Shown one piece after another: positions 28,802 to 39,079 of a stretch of 64,000 nt of DNA. Below the pieces are notes generated by a model, which saw only the letters and a program-made list of their open reading frames with translations, had not been told where the DNA came from and did not search any database. The DNA is taken from the IMG/VR virus record IMGVR_UViG_3300008113_000003, positions 142,297-206,296 of that record; one strand, 5' to 3'. Position 1 is the first letter of the stretch. Each line of letters begins with the position of its first letter. The position numbers were made by a program, and so were the translations under genes.

Positions 28802-29437
28802 ATGGTAATAGGTATTACGATAAATAACATTTTAAGAGAACACGTTAGTAAGTTAAAGGATTTATATGAATTTGAGTTTGAAAAAGAACCTATTTTACCT
28901 ATAAATCCTTTTGACTTATCTAAATCATTCCCAGATATTGAGGGTGAAACTGTTGACACAAATTTTGAAGTTGACAAAGAATTGGAGCTGTCCGAAAATA
29001 AAAAAGACACTTCTTTTAATTTAAGTAGATTCATGTATGAAGATGCGTGTTTTGAAGTATTTGGCCGTGTTGAGGAGAGCCAACCTGGGATTATTAAACA
29101 GATATCCGATTTTTCAAATAAAAACAAAATAAAAATCGTTTTATTGAATAACGAGAGTCAAAGATCCAAATCAGCCACACTATTTTTTCTAAGTAAAAAT
29201 TATTACAATCTTGAGCAAATAATCTTCCCAAGTAAGTGGAAAGATTTTTGGTCGCATTGCGATGTTTTGGTTACAGATAACCCTAAACTGTTAAAAACCA
29301 AACCAAAGGATAAAATATCGATAAAATACAAAAATGATTTTAATGTTGACATTAAATCAGATTATACTATAATTAACATTGAAGAATTATTTAAAATCCT
29401 AAAAAAATTAAAGAAAGAACAAAATGGAAAAAACTAA
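28802..29437 (+). CDS. HAD-like / 5'(3')-deoxyribonucleotidase-like protein
   Basis: VIGITINNILR...DVLVTDNP pattern (degenerate DxDxV). Confidence 0.45.
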   Translation: MVIGITINNILREHVSKLKDLYEFEFEKEPILPINPFDLSKSFPDIEGETVDTNFEVDKELELSENKKDTSFNLSRFMYEDACFEVFGRVEESQPGIIKQISDFSNKNKIKIVLLNNESQRSKSATLFFLSKNYYNLEQIIFPSKWKDFWSHCDVLVTDNPKLLKTKPKDKISIKYKNDFNVDIKSDYTIINIEELFKILKKLKKEQNGKN

Positions 29438-30506
29438 CGAAATAGTTAAAAACATTGAATCAGCTATAAGTAAGATTCAAAACAAAGAACAAAAAATTGT
29501 TTTTTTGGTCCCAGACACTAAGGGTAATGCTAAATCAAGCGTTATTCACTTATATAAGCAAGCGTTAACACTTAAAAACTTAGGTTATAACGTTAGTATG
29601 CTACACGAAAAAAATGACTACATTAAAGTTGGGTCATGGTTAACGCCAGAATGCGATGAACTAGAGCATCTATCAATCGAAGATAACAATTTGGTTGTTG
29701 GTGCGTCAGATTTTATTATTGTACCAGAGGTGTACGGTAGTGTTTTTGAACAAATAAATAAAATGCCTTTAGAGAAAGTTATTTACGTACAATCATTTGA
29801 TTACATGCTTGAAGCTTTTGCTCCTGGTAAATCTTGGGTTGATTTAGGTGCTGAGGAATGTATCACAACATCAAACACACTTAAAACAATGATTGAAGAT
29901 ACGGTTCCAGTTGAAGATGTTCAATTTATTGAACCAGCTATTTCAAACGAAACTTTCAATTTAAACGACAAACCGCAAAAACCTATTATTGCAATATATT
30001 GTCGTGAAGCTAGAAAAGCGGCTAAAATGATTAAGTCGTTTTACTTAAAATATCCAATCTACAGGTTTGTTTCTTTTAAAGATATGCACACAATGCCACA
30101 GGATACTTTTGCTAAGAACTTAAAGGAATGTTGTGTTTCTATATGGATTGATGATGACTCATCATTTGGTAGATACCCAGTTGAATCAATTAAATGTAAT
30201 GTACCTGTTATCGGTAAAGTACCTAATATTATCCCAGAGTGGATGACAGATGAAAATGGGGTTTGGGTTTATGACGAAAATCAAATACCTGAAATTTTAT
30301 CTAGTTACATTAAAAATTGGTTAGAAGATACTTTACCAGAAAATTTATTAAATGTGGCAAAAACTGTCGATGGTAGATATACTGAAGAGACTTTTGAAAA
30401 AAGTACTAAAGAGGTTTATGAATATCTTTTTAACAAGAAAATTTCAAAACTAGAAACAATAAAAGAAAATTTTAAAAAAGACCTAGAACAAAATGAACAA
30501 AACTAA
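29424..30506 (+). CDS. Putative GT-B glycosyltransferase
   Basis: IIVPEVY, ESFG-like DDSSFGRYPVESIKCNVPVIG. Confidence 0.65.
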   Translation: MEKTNEIVKNIESAISKIQNKEQKIVFLVPDTKGNAKSSVIHLYKQALTLKNLGYNVSMLHEKNDYIKVGSWLTPECDELEHLSIEDNNLVVGASDFIIVPEVYGSVFEQINKMPLEKVIYVQSFDYMLEAFAPGKSWVDLGAEECITTSNTLKTMIEDTVPVEDVQFIEPAISNETFNLNDKPQKPIIAIYCREARKAAKMIKSFYLKYPIYRFVSFKDMHTMPQDTFAKNLKECCVSIWIDDDSSFGRYPVESIKCNVPVIGKVPNIIPEWMTDENGVWVYDENQIPEILSSYIKNWLEDTLPENLLNVAKTVDGRYTEETFEKSTKEVYEYLFNKKISKLETIKENFKKDLEQNEQN

Positions 30507-31323
30507 TTTAACCGTTATAATTCCCGTACACTCAGTTGCTGATATTGGGAAACAAAAATTTGATGATTTATTCGATATAGCTTTATCATCAATCAGTAGA
30601 AATGAAACCAAACCAGAAAAGGTATTAATTGTAAGATGTAATTGCGTTGAAGTTGACGCTAAGTTAGAATCAATGGATTTTTCAAAATACGATTTGAACG
30701 TTGAAGTCATAGCAAATGATGGGGATACCGACTATCAAAGTCAAATAAATTACGCAGCAAAGCATGTTGACACAGAATACATGTCGATCTTAGAGTTTGA
30801 TGATGAGGTATCAAAAACATGGTATGGTAACGTTAAAACACATATTGAAGCTTATCCAGAAGTTGATATGTTTTTACCTATTGTTAATGATGTTTCTGAA
30901 GATAACAGTTTTATAGGTTTATCAAATGAAGCTGTCTGGGCCTACAACTTTACCGAATCACTTGGTAATGTTGATTTAGAATGTTTATTGGAATACCCAA
31001 ACATCAGTCTTTGTGGTATGGTTATTAAAACAGCTGTTTTTAACGAAATTAACGGGTTTAAACAAATTAAGTTAACATTTAATTATGAATTTTTGTTACG
31101 TTTTCATAAAAACGGACATAAATCAATGGTTATTCCAAAAATTGGTTACAAACATGTTAACATGAGACAAGAATCATTGTTCTGGTTATATAAAAACAGT
31201 GAAGCTGTTGAATATAAAATGGACCCTAAACAAGCTTTATTTTGGATGGAAACCGCTAAAAAAGAATATTTGTTTAACGATGATAGGTATATAATATATG
31301 AGGAAAATGAAGTTAGTGAATAA
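30493..31323 (+). CDS. GT2-family glycosyltransferase
   Basis: LTVIIPVH, ILEFDDE, YEFLLRF, KIGYKH. Confidence 0.75.
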   Translation: MNKTNLTVIIPVHSVADIGKQKFDDLFDIALSSISRNETKPEKVLIVRCNCVEVDAKLESMDFSKYDLNVEVIANDGDTDYQSQINYAAKHVDTEYMSILEFDDEVSKTWYGNVKTHIEAYPEVDMFLPIVNDVSEDNSFIGLSNEAVWAYNFTESLGNVDLECLLEYPNISLCGMVIKTAVFNEINGFKQIKLTFNYEFLLRFHKNGHKSMVIPKIGYKHVNMRQESLFWLYKNSEAVEYKMDPKQALFWMETAKKEYLFNDDRYIIYEENEVSE

Positions 31324-32036
31324 TGGCAAGACAGAAAAAAGATCGCAACTACTATGGTGTAGACCAGGAAAAAGCGGTGATCATGTTTCTGGAAGCTAAA
31401 ACGGTTGGTGAAAGAGAAAAAATTTATAGAGAATACTTACAAGAACCTATCAATACCATGATAGAAAGTATTATCAGAACTTATAAATTATATAGACAAT
31501 CATACGAATTCCACGATTTACATGCTGACACGCTGTCATTCTTGATGACAAAATTTGATAAATTTAAACCTGAAAAGGGTAAAAGATCATTTTCGTACTT
31601 CGGTACAATATGTAAAAATTACCTTTTTGGTGAAATGGTCAAAGAATATAAGAAAAATACATCTATCGTTGACATTGATCAATCAGAGGGTGATATTTTA
31701 AAAAGAGATGAATTATTATATCGTATTGATAATGAAGATCTTGACCTAACACTTTTTATTGAAACTTTAGCCAGCAATATAAAAGATGAATTGAAATCGG
31801 ATGATTTAAGTGAGAACGAATTTAAAGTCGGCCATTCACTGGTTAAAATACTTGAGGAGTGGCGTGAGCTATTTTCACAAGTTAATGACGGTAAAAACTC
31901 ACCAAAATTCAATAAAAACCTAATATTATTATACATTCGTAATATGACTGGCCTAAATACTAAGGAAATTAGGAACAGTATGAAAAGATTTAAGTCATTA
32001 TACCGTATTTTTAAGGATAATTATTTAGATGGTTGA
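31323..32036 (+). CDS. gp55: Late-transcription sigma factor (T4 gp55-like)
   Basis: KFDKFKPEKGKRSFSYFGTICKNYL resembles the gp55 region-2 motif FDPEK..NPFAYFTQI..NAF. Confidence 0.6.
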   Translation: MARQKKDRNYYGVDQEKAVIMFLEAKTVGEREKIYREYLQEPINTMIESIIRTYKLYRQSYEFHDLHADTLSFLMTKFDKFKPEKGKRSFSYFGTICKNYLFGEMVKEYKKNTSIVDIDQSEGDILKRDELLYRIDNEDLDLTLFIETLASNIKDELKSDDLSENEFKVGHSLVKILEEWRELFSQVNDGKNSPKFNKNLILLYIRNMTGLNTKEIRNSMKRFKSLYRIFKDNYLDG

Positions 32037-32044
32037 TATTTATA
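32037..32044 (+). promoter_or_regulatory. Candidate late promoter TATTTATA
   Basis: GATATTTATA 16 nt upstream of the ATG at 32061. Confidence 0.55.
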
Positions 32045-32060
32045 TGAAATAACATTTATT

Positions 32061-32447
32061 ATGGTACCAAAAAAGAAAAAAGTTGACGTTTCAGAGGATA
32101 GCATGAAAGAGCTCATGCAAGAGACTTATAATGAAATTGTTGACGAAAGAAATAGAGCCTTAACAGCTTACAAAAAGTTTACAAAGGATATCAATGAAAA
32201 TTCTGATATTGCTTTAGTTGGTAAAATTACGAATGATTTATTAAAAATAATCGATTCATCAATTGAAAAAAAACTAAGGTTAATCAAAATCCAAGGTGAC
32301 ATACTTTATAAATCTGGTAAACCATCCGATGCCGCTGGTGTTGGAAATATGACAATTACCGATGAGGATAGGAAATGGGCTGAGGATTTTATCAAAAAAC
32401 AAGCAACTACAAGTGAATCGGATACGAACGAAAAAGAGTATGAATAA
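32061..32447 (+). CDS. Helical hypothetical protein (possible terminase small subunit)
   Basis: 128 aa with coiled-coil character; function inferred from size only. Confidence 0.3.
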   Translation: MVPKKKKVDVSEDSMKELMQETYNEIVDERNRALTAYKKFTKDINENSDIALVGKITNDLLKIIDSSIEKKLRLIKIQGDILYKSGKPSDAAGVGNMTITDEDRKWAEDFIKKQATTSESDTNEKEYE

Positions 32448-32449
32448 TA

Positions 32450-34354
32450 ATGGGTTCACAAAGCGAAATATTCTCAAGATATAGATCATTAGTGGTTTCT
32501 AATAAACAGAAACCATACGCTACCGATGCGCAAAAAAAATTAGATAAATTAGAATTTGTTGATTTTTTAATTGAACTAATCAAATCAACCAGGGGTCAAA
32601 AAGAATTTAAAAGTTTAATTCTAAAAGGTAGTTTATCCCAATTAAAAAAATTTGATGAAATCAACAAGGTTATTGTTGATAGTTTTATAGCAGCATTTGG
32701 TTGTGACAGTAATTTAATTATACCGCAAAAATATACAACATTAGCGGTTGGTGGTATAGAAATAACCAAACAAGAAATTGACTCTTTTGGTTTATTGAAT
32801 ATTGATCCTGACACAAAAACAGGTAAATTAATGTATGAGGGTAATGATATTACCAAACATGCAAATTACTTTTTCAGTAAAGCACAAAATGCTATAAGTG
32901 ACGCACCTTTAGTTTTAAAAAAGGGTAGTAGGGTTTTATTCACACTATACGCAAAAGATTCATCAACGTTTGTTTTTAAATTTGGTGAATTTTACTCTAA
33001 AAAACAATTTTCAATTTTTTTAGAAGATTATTTATCCGTTGCAACACCAGTTTTTAATTTCCCTAATTTTATGGCCATATTAATGGACATATTAACTGGT
33101 TCATTATCAGTTAAAGCTAAACTAAATAAAAAAATAATAGTTAAACAAAGTGCTTTAATTAAAGGTTTAAAAAAAATGTTTGGGTTCTGTAATGAGGATG
33201 ATAATGAAAATCCTGATTCCTCAAACAAATCTTTTTTAGATAAAGAGTTTAATCCAGCTGACGCACAAAAAAATGGCGAAGATGGCGGTGTTTTAAATAA
33301 TGACGCTGATTTTGATAACGTATTTAACTTTAATAAAAAGGAGTTAGACGATATAGAGAATACTGGTAATCTTAGAGCCAATGGGTTTTTAAGATTTTCA
33401 TCTTGTGGTAATCTTGATATTGCTATAAACCCAGATGACATTATAAACTCATTAGAGGAGTTATTTAATAATAGTCAGGGTAATAAACTATTATTTCCTG
33501 ATGAAAACCCACAAAATGTTGTACCGCAAGAAAATAATCCTTTAATTGATAACTCAAAAAAAATACCAAATTTAGATCAAGCATCCGATGTTTTGGACAA
33601 AGCTTTAAAAAATGGTATCAATGATGTTGTTAATTCTGGTGAAATAGGTGTGTCACTTAATTTACCTAATATAAATGCCGAGATTCAATTAAATATATTA
33701 AAAGCAATACCATATGCGTTAATGCAAATGATTGCAACACCTAAATTACTGCTGGTGCCTAAACTATTTTTAGTTTTAAAAGGTGATAACACGAAAAAAA
33801 CACCAGAAGAAATGATTTCTTTTATAAAACCATTAATTAAAAAAATTGGTAGCTTTATAACAGATTTATTAATTAAGAATATATTTAATTTAATAAAAAA
33901 GGATTTAATTGGTTTAGCTAAAAAAATCAGCGCTGATTTCTTAAAACAAAGAGGTCTTGATTATATATCATCACTAAAAAGTTTATTATCATTATTAAAA
34001 GCTTTAAAAGGTTTTAAAGTTGGTGGTTGCCAATCAATAATAGAACAAATACTTCGTTTGTTAAAATTATTAAATGTGGCACCAATGCCACCAATGCCAC
34101 CACCATTGGTATTATTGGGTGGTGCACTAAAACCTGGTTTAAATCAAATTGCTATGATTAATGATCTTAAATCTAATTTAAGTGAAAAAGGTATTGAAAC
34201 AGCCGCAACTTTTCCAGACGGAACACCAAACCATCTTATGATTGCTTTGGAAGAAAGTATGAAAGTTATGATTGGACATATAAAAACAAACGCAAAAATT
34301 GAAGTAACTACAGTTGGTGCTGGTTTTACAACAGGATTCGGACAAATACAGTAA
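32450..34354 (+). CDS. Hypothetical protein, probable baseplate/virion component
   Basis: 634-aa ORF in a late operon next to the spike gene. Confidence 0.5.
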   Translation: MGSQSEIFSRYRSLVVSNKQKPYATDAQKKLDKLEFVDFLIELIKSTRGQKEFKSLILKGSLSQLKKFDEINKVIVDSFIAAFGCDSNLIIPQKYTTLAVGGIEITKQEIDSFGLLNIDPDTKTGKLMYEGNDITKHANYFFSKAQNAISDAPLVLKKGSRVLFTLYAKDSSTFVFKFGEFYSKKQFSIFLEDYLSVATPVFNFPNFMAILMDILTGSLSVKAKLNKKIIVKQSALIKGLKKMFGFCNEDDNENPDSSNKSFLDKEFNPADAQKNGEDGGVLNNDADFDNVFNFNKKELDDIENTGNLRANGFLRFSSCGNLDIAINPDDIINSLEELFNNSQGNKLLFPDENPQNVVPQENNPLIDNSKKIPNLDQASDVLDKALKNGINDVVNSGEIGVSLNLPNINAEIQLNILKAIPYALMQMIATPKLLLVPKLFLVLKGDNTKKTPEEMISFIKPLIKKIGSFITDLLIKNIFNLIKKDLIGLAKKISADFLKQRGLDYISSLKSLLSLLKALKGFKVGGCQSIIEQILRLLKLLNVAPMPPMPPPLVLLGGALKPGLNQIAMINDLKSNLSEKGIETAATFPDGTPNHLMIALEESMKVMIGHIKTNAKIEVTTVGAGFTTGFGQIQ

Positions 34355-34357
34355 TAT

Positions 34358-34576
34358 ATGAATAACCCAAAACTAAAAGAAATTTTTGAAAACGTTGATA
34401 AAAAATCAAATAAAGATTTAGCAACATTATTAGTTGCCTTAAAAAATGATTTTGAGGACGTTAAAGAAACTGTTTTAAAATTAACAGCAACCATGGAAGA
34501 ACTTGAGATTACATATGACAAAGTTTACAATGAATTAAAACAAAGATTAAAATTCGAAGATAAAAATGAAGGGTGA
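34358..34576 (+). CDS. Small coiled-coil hypothetical protein
   Basis: 72-aa ORF. Confidence 0.5.
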   Translation: MNNPKLKEIFENVDKKSNKDLATLLVALKNDFEDVKETVLKLTATMEELEITYDKVYNELKQRLKFEDKNEG

Positions 34577-36239
34577 ATTTAGTTTAGGTATTTGTTTTAA
34601 CAACAACGATCCATTGAATCATGGTAGAATTCTTGTGGCTCCGTATGAAGAATACAAGGGGCAAGTCTCGTACACGTCTATTGAGAATGCTATTGATCGT
34701 TTAAACATAGGGTCAACCAAATATACAAAATGGTCCGATAGGGGTTCAGCTAACAATAAAACAGCCGATCCTTATATCGCCACCCCATTTTTACCTAACC
34801 AAATATCAGTAATACCAAAACCTGGTCAAGTTGTTAGATTAATTAAATACGATGACGGTACTTTAAATTATATTGGGCCAGTAACGCAAAACCCAGTAAC
34901 ATTAAACACAACTTATTTCGAAGAAAATAGTAGACGAAAATTCCCAGTATCGGATGACATATCAAATAGTGTCAATGACGCTGTTTTTTCTGGTTACAAT
35001 AATGAACAACTTTCTTTAGGTAACAATAGAATTTTATTAAGGTTAGACCATTTATCAAATCGTTCTAGAAAAAAAACTTACCCAATATTTCAAATATCAA
35101 AATTTACAAAAACCATAAACTATTCTGTTAAAGATGTTACTGAAACTGTTAAACCAGACGTTTTTTTGGATTATATAGTAGAAATAACCTTTGATTATAA
35201 AAGAAAAGATGATTTTAATAGTAAAAACATTGTTTGTAGTATTAATTTATACAATACTTTAGAAATTGTAACTAGTAAGCAAAGTAATCAATCGACAGTT
35301 GTTAGAGGTTTAATGAAAAAAGATTATAACAGATTCCAAGATTACACATCAGGTTTAAATTATAACCAATATACTGTTAGTCATACATTAGAATTCAATG
35401 ATATCGAATCAATGGATAAAGCTATCGAAGATATAATATCTTCGTACAAGACAAAAAAAATTAAATATTACAACCCACAATTAGTTGGTACTCAAAAAAT
35501 TGAAACCGCAGCTAATACAATTGTTTTAAGTAATAGAATACCATCTAAAGCCAATAATTCTGGTGCTAATCACGACACACCAGATGAGGTTGCTGATTTA
35601 AAAAACTTTGTTATTAGAATAAACCCAACGAGCAGGGATTTATACACTAATCCAAGCGCTGACTTACAGAATAAACTTAACATACCAGCAACTCAGCCAG
35701 TTGATACAACATCATTGAATTATATTAGGTTTAATGAATTTAACAATTTTATACGTAAAATTAAAAAATATAACAATGAAAGATTTTTGGGTGATCAGGA
35801 ACTACAAACACCTATTACAACAACAAGCAAAAAAACTCAACAAAATTTAAATGATAAAGAAGTTACTGTAAATGTTAACTATTCCGATAAATTTTTGTTT
35901 TTAAGCAGTATTAACTCAGTAGATTATCTTGAAAATGCCAGGGAAGGGATGAGTAATGAAACCGTTTCAAAATTTTTATCAAATTTAACTGTAGATGATT
36001 CAGGTAGAAGTTACCAAACATATGGCTTCATTAGGGGAGAAAAAGTTCTCGAGCTTTTAGACCAGATACTGTCTATTTTCTTGTCTCACGGACATTCTAT
36101 TGGGCAATCTGAGGGTTCTTTAAGTAAAAACGCTGTTGAATTAATCAAAAATTTGAGGGGTGATATTGCTCAAGAAATAAACGGAAATACAACAAATTCA
36201 ACAACAAAGATAATTAATCATAACTTACGTCTTAATTAA
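34566..36239 (+). CDS. Baseplate central spike (gp5/gpV-like)
   Basis: N-terminal OB-fold-like GICFNNNDPLNHGRIL and PKPGQVV; C-terminal RGEKVLELLDQILSIFLSHGH with an HxH motif. Confidence 0.6.
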   Translation: MKGEFSLGICFNNNDPLNHGRILVAPYEEYKGQVSYTSIENAIDRLNIGSTKYTKWSDRGSANNKTADPYIATPFLPNQISVIPKPGQVVRLIKYDDGTLNYIGPVTQNPVTLNTTYFEENSRRKFPVSDDISNSVNDAVFSGYNNEQLSLGNNRILLRLDHLSNRSRKKTYPIFQISKFTKTINYSVKDVTETVKPDVFLDYIVEITFDYKRKDDFNSKNIVCSINLYNTLEIVTSKQSNQSTVVRGLMKKDYNRFQDYTSGLNYNQYTVSHTLEFNDIESMDKAIEDIISSYKTKKIKYYNPQLVGTQKIETAANTIVLSNRIPSKANNSGANHDTPDEVADLKNFVIRINPTSRDLYTNPSADLQNKLNIPATQPVDTTSLNYIRFNEFNNFIRKIKKYNNERFLGDQELQTPITTTSKKTQQNLNDKEVTVNVNYSDKFLFLSSINSVDYLENAREGMSNETVSKFLSNLTVDDSGRSYQTYGFIRGEKVLELLDQILSIFLSHGHSIGQSEGSLSKNAVELIKNLRGDIAQEINGNTTNSTTKIINHNLRLN

Positions 36240-36252
36240 AATATTTATTACT

Positions 36253-37626
36253 ATGGGCATATACAGAACATATTTTGATAAAAACAACACTATTGTTAGA
36301 GATAGTGATGTTAATACTGGCAGAAACCAAGTGTCAGAGCTATATTTTGGTAATCTCATCAGTAGATTTTTGTTCTATTGCTCATTTGATGAGATTAGAA
36401 ACCTTGTAAATTCTGGTGTTATAAATCCAAGCGGTAATATAAAACATATCTTAACGATTAAAAATACAAGTAATTTTAATATTAAGGATATATTGAGTAT
36501 CGATAATAATTTAATGTTTGGTGATTATTTCAGACCAACCTCATTTGACCTTGAATTACACGGAGTCAACCAATTTTGGGATGAGGGTAATGGGTATGAT
36601 TTTGCCACTGGAATTCAATCATTTCCACAAAATATTGAATATGTTTTAGGGCCATCAAACTGGACTAAAGCAACAAATACGACAAATTTTTCAACACCTG
36701 GTGTTGTCCCTAATAATTCAATACCAATTGCAACCCAACATTTGGATCTAGGTAATGAAGATATTAAAATGGACATAACCAATTTTGTTAATGCTATTAT
36801 AACTGGAACCACAAATGGTACGCACAATGGATTTTGTTTAAAATATTCAAACGCCATTGAATCTTTGACATTTCCAGATAGTAGAGTTTGTGCACTTGGT
36901 TTGTTCACAAGACACACACAAACCTTTTTTGAACCGTATATTGAAACAGTATATGATGATCATATTGATGATGAGAGAGTTACTTTTTATTTAGGTAAAG
37001 ACAATAAAATTTTCTTTTACTCAGTAATTAATGGTAAGCTAGAAAATTTAGATCAATTACCAACATGCACAATTAATGGTACTGGATATACTGTCAACCA
37101 AAAAACAAAGGGTGTTTATTATGTAACGGTTAATGGTGACGAATCAAATTTTGTGAGTTATACAGAGTATAATGACATTTGGAGTGATATTGTTTATAAT
37201 GGTAATACTAGACCAGACGTAAAATTAAGATTTGTTCCAATTGATGCTGATAAGTATTATAATTTTAACATAGATGCTTTGGATGATACGAGATATGGTT
37301 TATCTTTGAGCGGTATTAAAGTTGGTGAGGGTTTGCAACAAGGTGAACAAAGAAAGGTTAACATTCTTTTAAGAAAGCCTTACACCGTATCAGAATACTA
37401 TGTAAGTAATAGTGTTTATTATAAACTTTACGTTAAACAAGGGCCAGCTATTATTGATATTTTTGATTGGCAGCCAGCTAATAAAGCCTTAAATAATAAC
37501 TATTTTACAATAGATACAACTTGGATGGTACCACAAAGATATTTTGTTGACATCAAGATCGAAACCAACGGTGAAACAACATTACATAGTAATGAATTGC
37601 ATTTTGACGTTGTAAATAAAGCTTAA
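36253..37626 (+). CDS. Putative virion structural protein
   Basis: 457 aa, beta-rich; RTYFDKNNTI...NTGRN, WDEGNGYD. Confidence 0.5.
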   Translation: MGIYRTYFDKNNTIVRDSDVNTGRNQVSELYFGNLISRFLFYCSFDEIRNLVNSGVINPSGNIKHILTIKNTSNFNIKDILSIDNNLMFGDYFRPTSFDLELHGVNQFWDEGNGYDFATGIQSFPQNIEYVLGPSNWTKATNTTNFSTPGVVPNNSIPIATQHLDLGNEDIKMDITNFVNAIITGTTNGTHNGFCLKYSNAIESLTFPDSRVCALGLFTRHTQTFFEPYIETVYDDHIDDERVTFYLGKDNKIFFYSVINGKLENLDQLPTCTINGTGYTVNQKTKGVYYVTVNGDESNFVSYTEYNDIWSDIVYNGNTRPDVKLRFVPIDADKYYNFNIDALDDTRYGLSLSGIKVGEGLQQGEQRKVNILLRKPYTVSEYYVSNSVYYKLYVKQGPAIIDIFDWQPANKALNNNYFTIDTTWMVPQRYFVDIKIETNGETTLHSNELHFDVVNKA

Positions 37627-37630
37627 CAAC

Positions 37631-38035
37631 ATGTATTTAATTTATATAAACCCACTTAATAAGAATTTTAAAGGTCAATACACCTACGAGTTTATCTTTA
37701 CAAAGCGTTTAGATAATGTCGAGTATGGTGATGATTGGGATGTTCAACCAGCTTCAAGCGGAACACCAACACCACCAAGTGTTAGACAGATCGAATCAAT
37801 TGGTATGTTAAAATCAGATGATATTGAATTGGATCTCGCAATGAATTCGGACACATTTTCAATGTATGACTGTGTTGAAGGTATTATCGCACTTGGTTGG
37901 GAATCAGAATCACCTGAAATCGAAGATAGACTAGTGTTCAGATATGGGGAAACCATTGAATCGATAAAAGAAAAAATATATAGTAGAGATAAGCTACTAA
38001 CAATAATAAATAAAGAAGAAATAGATAAATTCTAA
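37631..38035 (+). CDS. Hypothetical protein
   Basis: 134-aa ORF. Confidence 0.55.
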   Translation: MYLIYINPLNKNFKGQYTYEFIFTKRLDNVEYGDDWDVQPASSGTPTPPSVRQIESIGMLKSDDIELDLAMNSDTFSMYDCVEGIIALGWESESPEIEDRLVFRYGETIESIKEKIYSRDKLLTIINKEEIDKF

Positions 38036-38043
38036 CGGAAAAT

Positions 38044-38880
38044 ATGGAAACAAATAACAATGATGATGTAATGGGTAAAGCAGCTGCCTCAGCAATTGAA
38101 AACCCAGAGGGTATGGCGCAAAGTTTGGATAATTTAAAAAATACATTACAACAACTTGCGGATAAAGCTAAAGAAGTAAAAGCTACTGCTGGTGTACAAG
38201 ATACAAACACTGGGGTACAAACAGAAGGTGAATCGGGAAGTCCTTGGACTGAAGAGGATACTATAGATGAGTTAATGTCTAAAGTTTTAGGTTATACCTA
38301 TTACGACTCACCATGGAACCAAAGAAATAGATTAAAATCTAGCAGTGAAAGGTATAATATTAATGATGAATCTGGTAAGACAGTTAAAGCAAACGCTTCC
38401 GAAGAAGACGTTATTGAATACGCTAACACCGTTTATCATTACGATATGGTTGATAACGATGGCGAGGAAATTAAAAGCTTTGAGGACGCTAAAAACGCTT
38501 TAGAGAATGAAGGTAGTTTTAAACTTGTTAATGTTAAAGACACTAAACAAATGAGTTTGTTCCCAGCAGAGAAAAAACAAGAAGTGGAAAAACCAAATAC
38601 CGTTATTAGTAAAATGGACGATGCTTCATACCAACGCTTTCTTGATGGTATTAGTAATGCTTTTGTACGTAACAGAGTTAGTGAAGTGATTGAAATGTTA
38701 AAAGCTGGGGATAAAAAAGGTGCCTACGTTAAATTAAGAAGTTTGGTTGATTCATTAAAAGAATCAAAAGAAAATTTGGTTAATTCAGAAACATTTCGTA
38801 TTATTGCAGAGTCAGAAAGACCAAAATTGACAAAATCAGATATTTTGGAATTTGTTAAACAACGTAAAAATACACTATAA
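38044..38880 (+). CDS. Acidic hypothetical protein (possible head internal protein)
   Basis: 278 aa with several L/I-x-E motifs near the C-terminus. Confidence 0.5.
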   Translation: METNNNDDVMGKAAASAIENPEGMAQSLDNLKNTLQQLADKAKEVKATAGVQDTNTGVQTEGESGSPWTEEDTIDELMSKVLGYTYYDSPWNQRNRLKSSSERYNINDESGKTVKANASEEDVIEYANTVYHYDMVDNDGEEIKSFEDAKNALENEGSFKLVNVKDTKQMSLFPAEKKQEVEKPNTVISKMDDASYQRFLDGISNAFVRNRVSEVIEMLKAGDKKGAYVKLRSLVDSLKESKENLVNSETFRIIAESERPKLTKSDILEFVKQRKNTL

Positions 38881-38881
38881 A

Positions 38882-39013
38882 ATGAAAAATAATCAAATGC
38901 CACTACCGACAGAAACGCCTGTTGAAACACCAGTAAAAACACCTAACCCAGTTAAGGACCCGTCAAAAATTGACATACCAAAACCAAAAGCTGATCCGAA
39001 ACCAAAAGCATAA
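38882..39013 (+). CDS. 43-aa Pro/Lys/Thr-rich peptide; not in the ORF track
   Basis: Manual translation: MKNNQMPLPTETPVETPVKTPNPVKDPSKIDIPKPKADPKPKA. Confidence 0.5.
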   Translation: MKNNQMPLPTETPVETPVKTPNPVKDPSKIDIPKPKADPKPKA

Positions 39014-39016
39014 AAA

Positions 39017-39048
39017 TTTGGTTATTTAAAAAGTTTTACTTATATTTG
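39017..39048 (+). promoter_or_regulatory. Bacteroidota-type promoter
   Basis: TTTG (39017-39020), 20-nt spacer, TATATTTG (39041-39048). Confidence 0.65.
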
Positions 39049-39079
39049 CCTTGTTAATAATAAACAAGGCATTTTTTTT
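39047..39079 (+). terminator. Terminator overlapping the promoter
   Basis: TGCCTTGTT/AACAAGGCA stem followed by T8. Confidence 0.65.

Noticed and set aside
36242-36249. TATTTATT motif before ORF 36253
   Set aside because: It is only 3 nt from the ATG, unlike the other copies, so it may be chance in AT-rich DNA.
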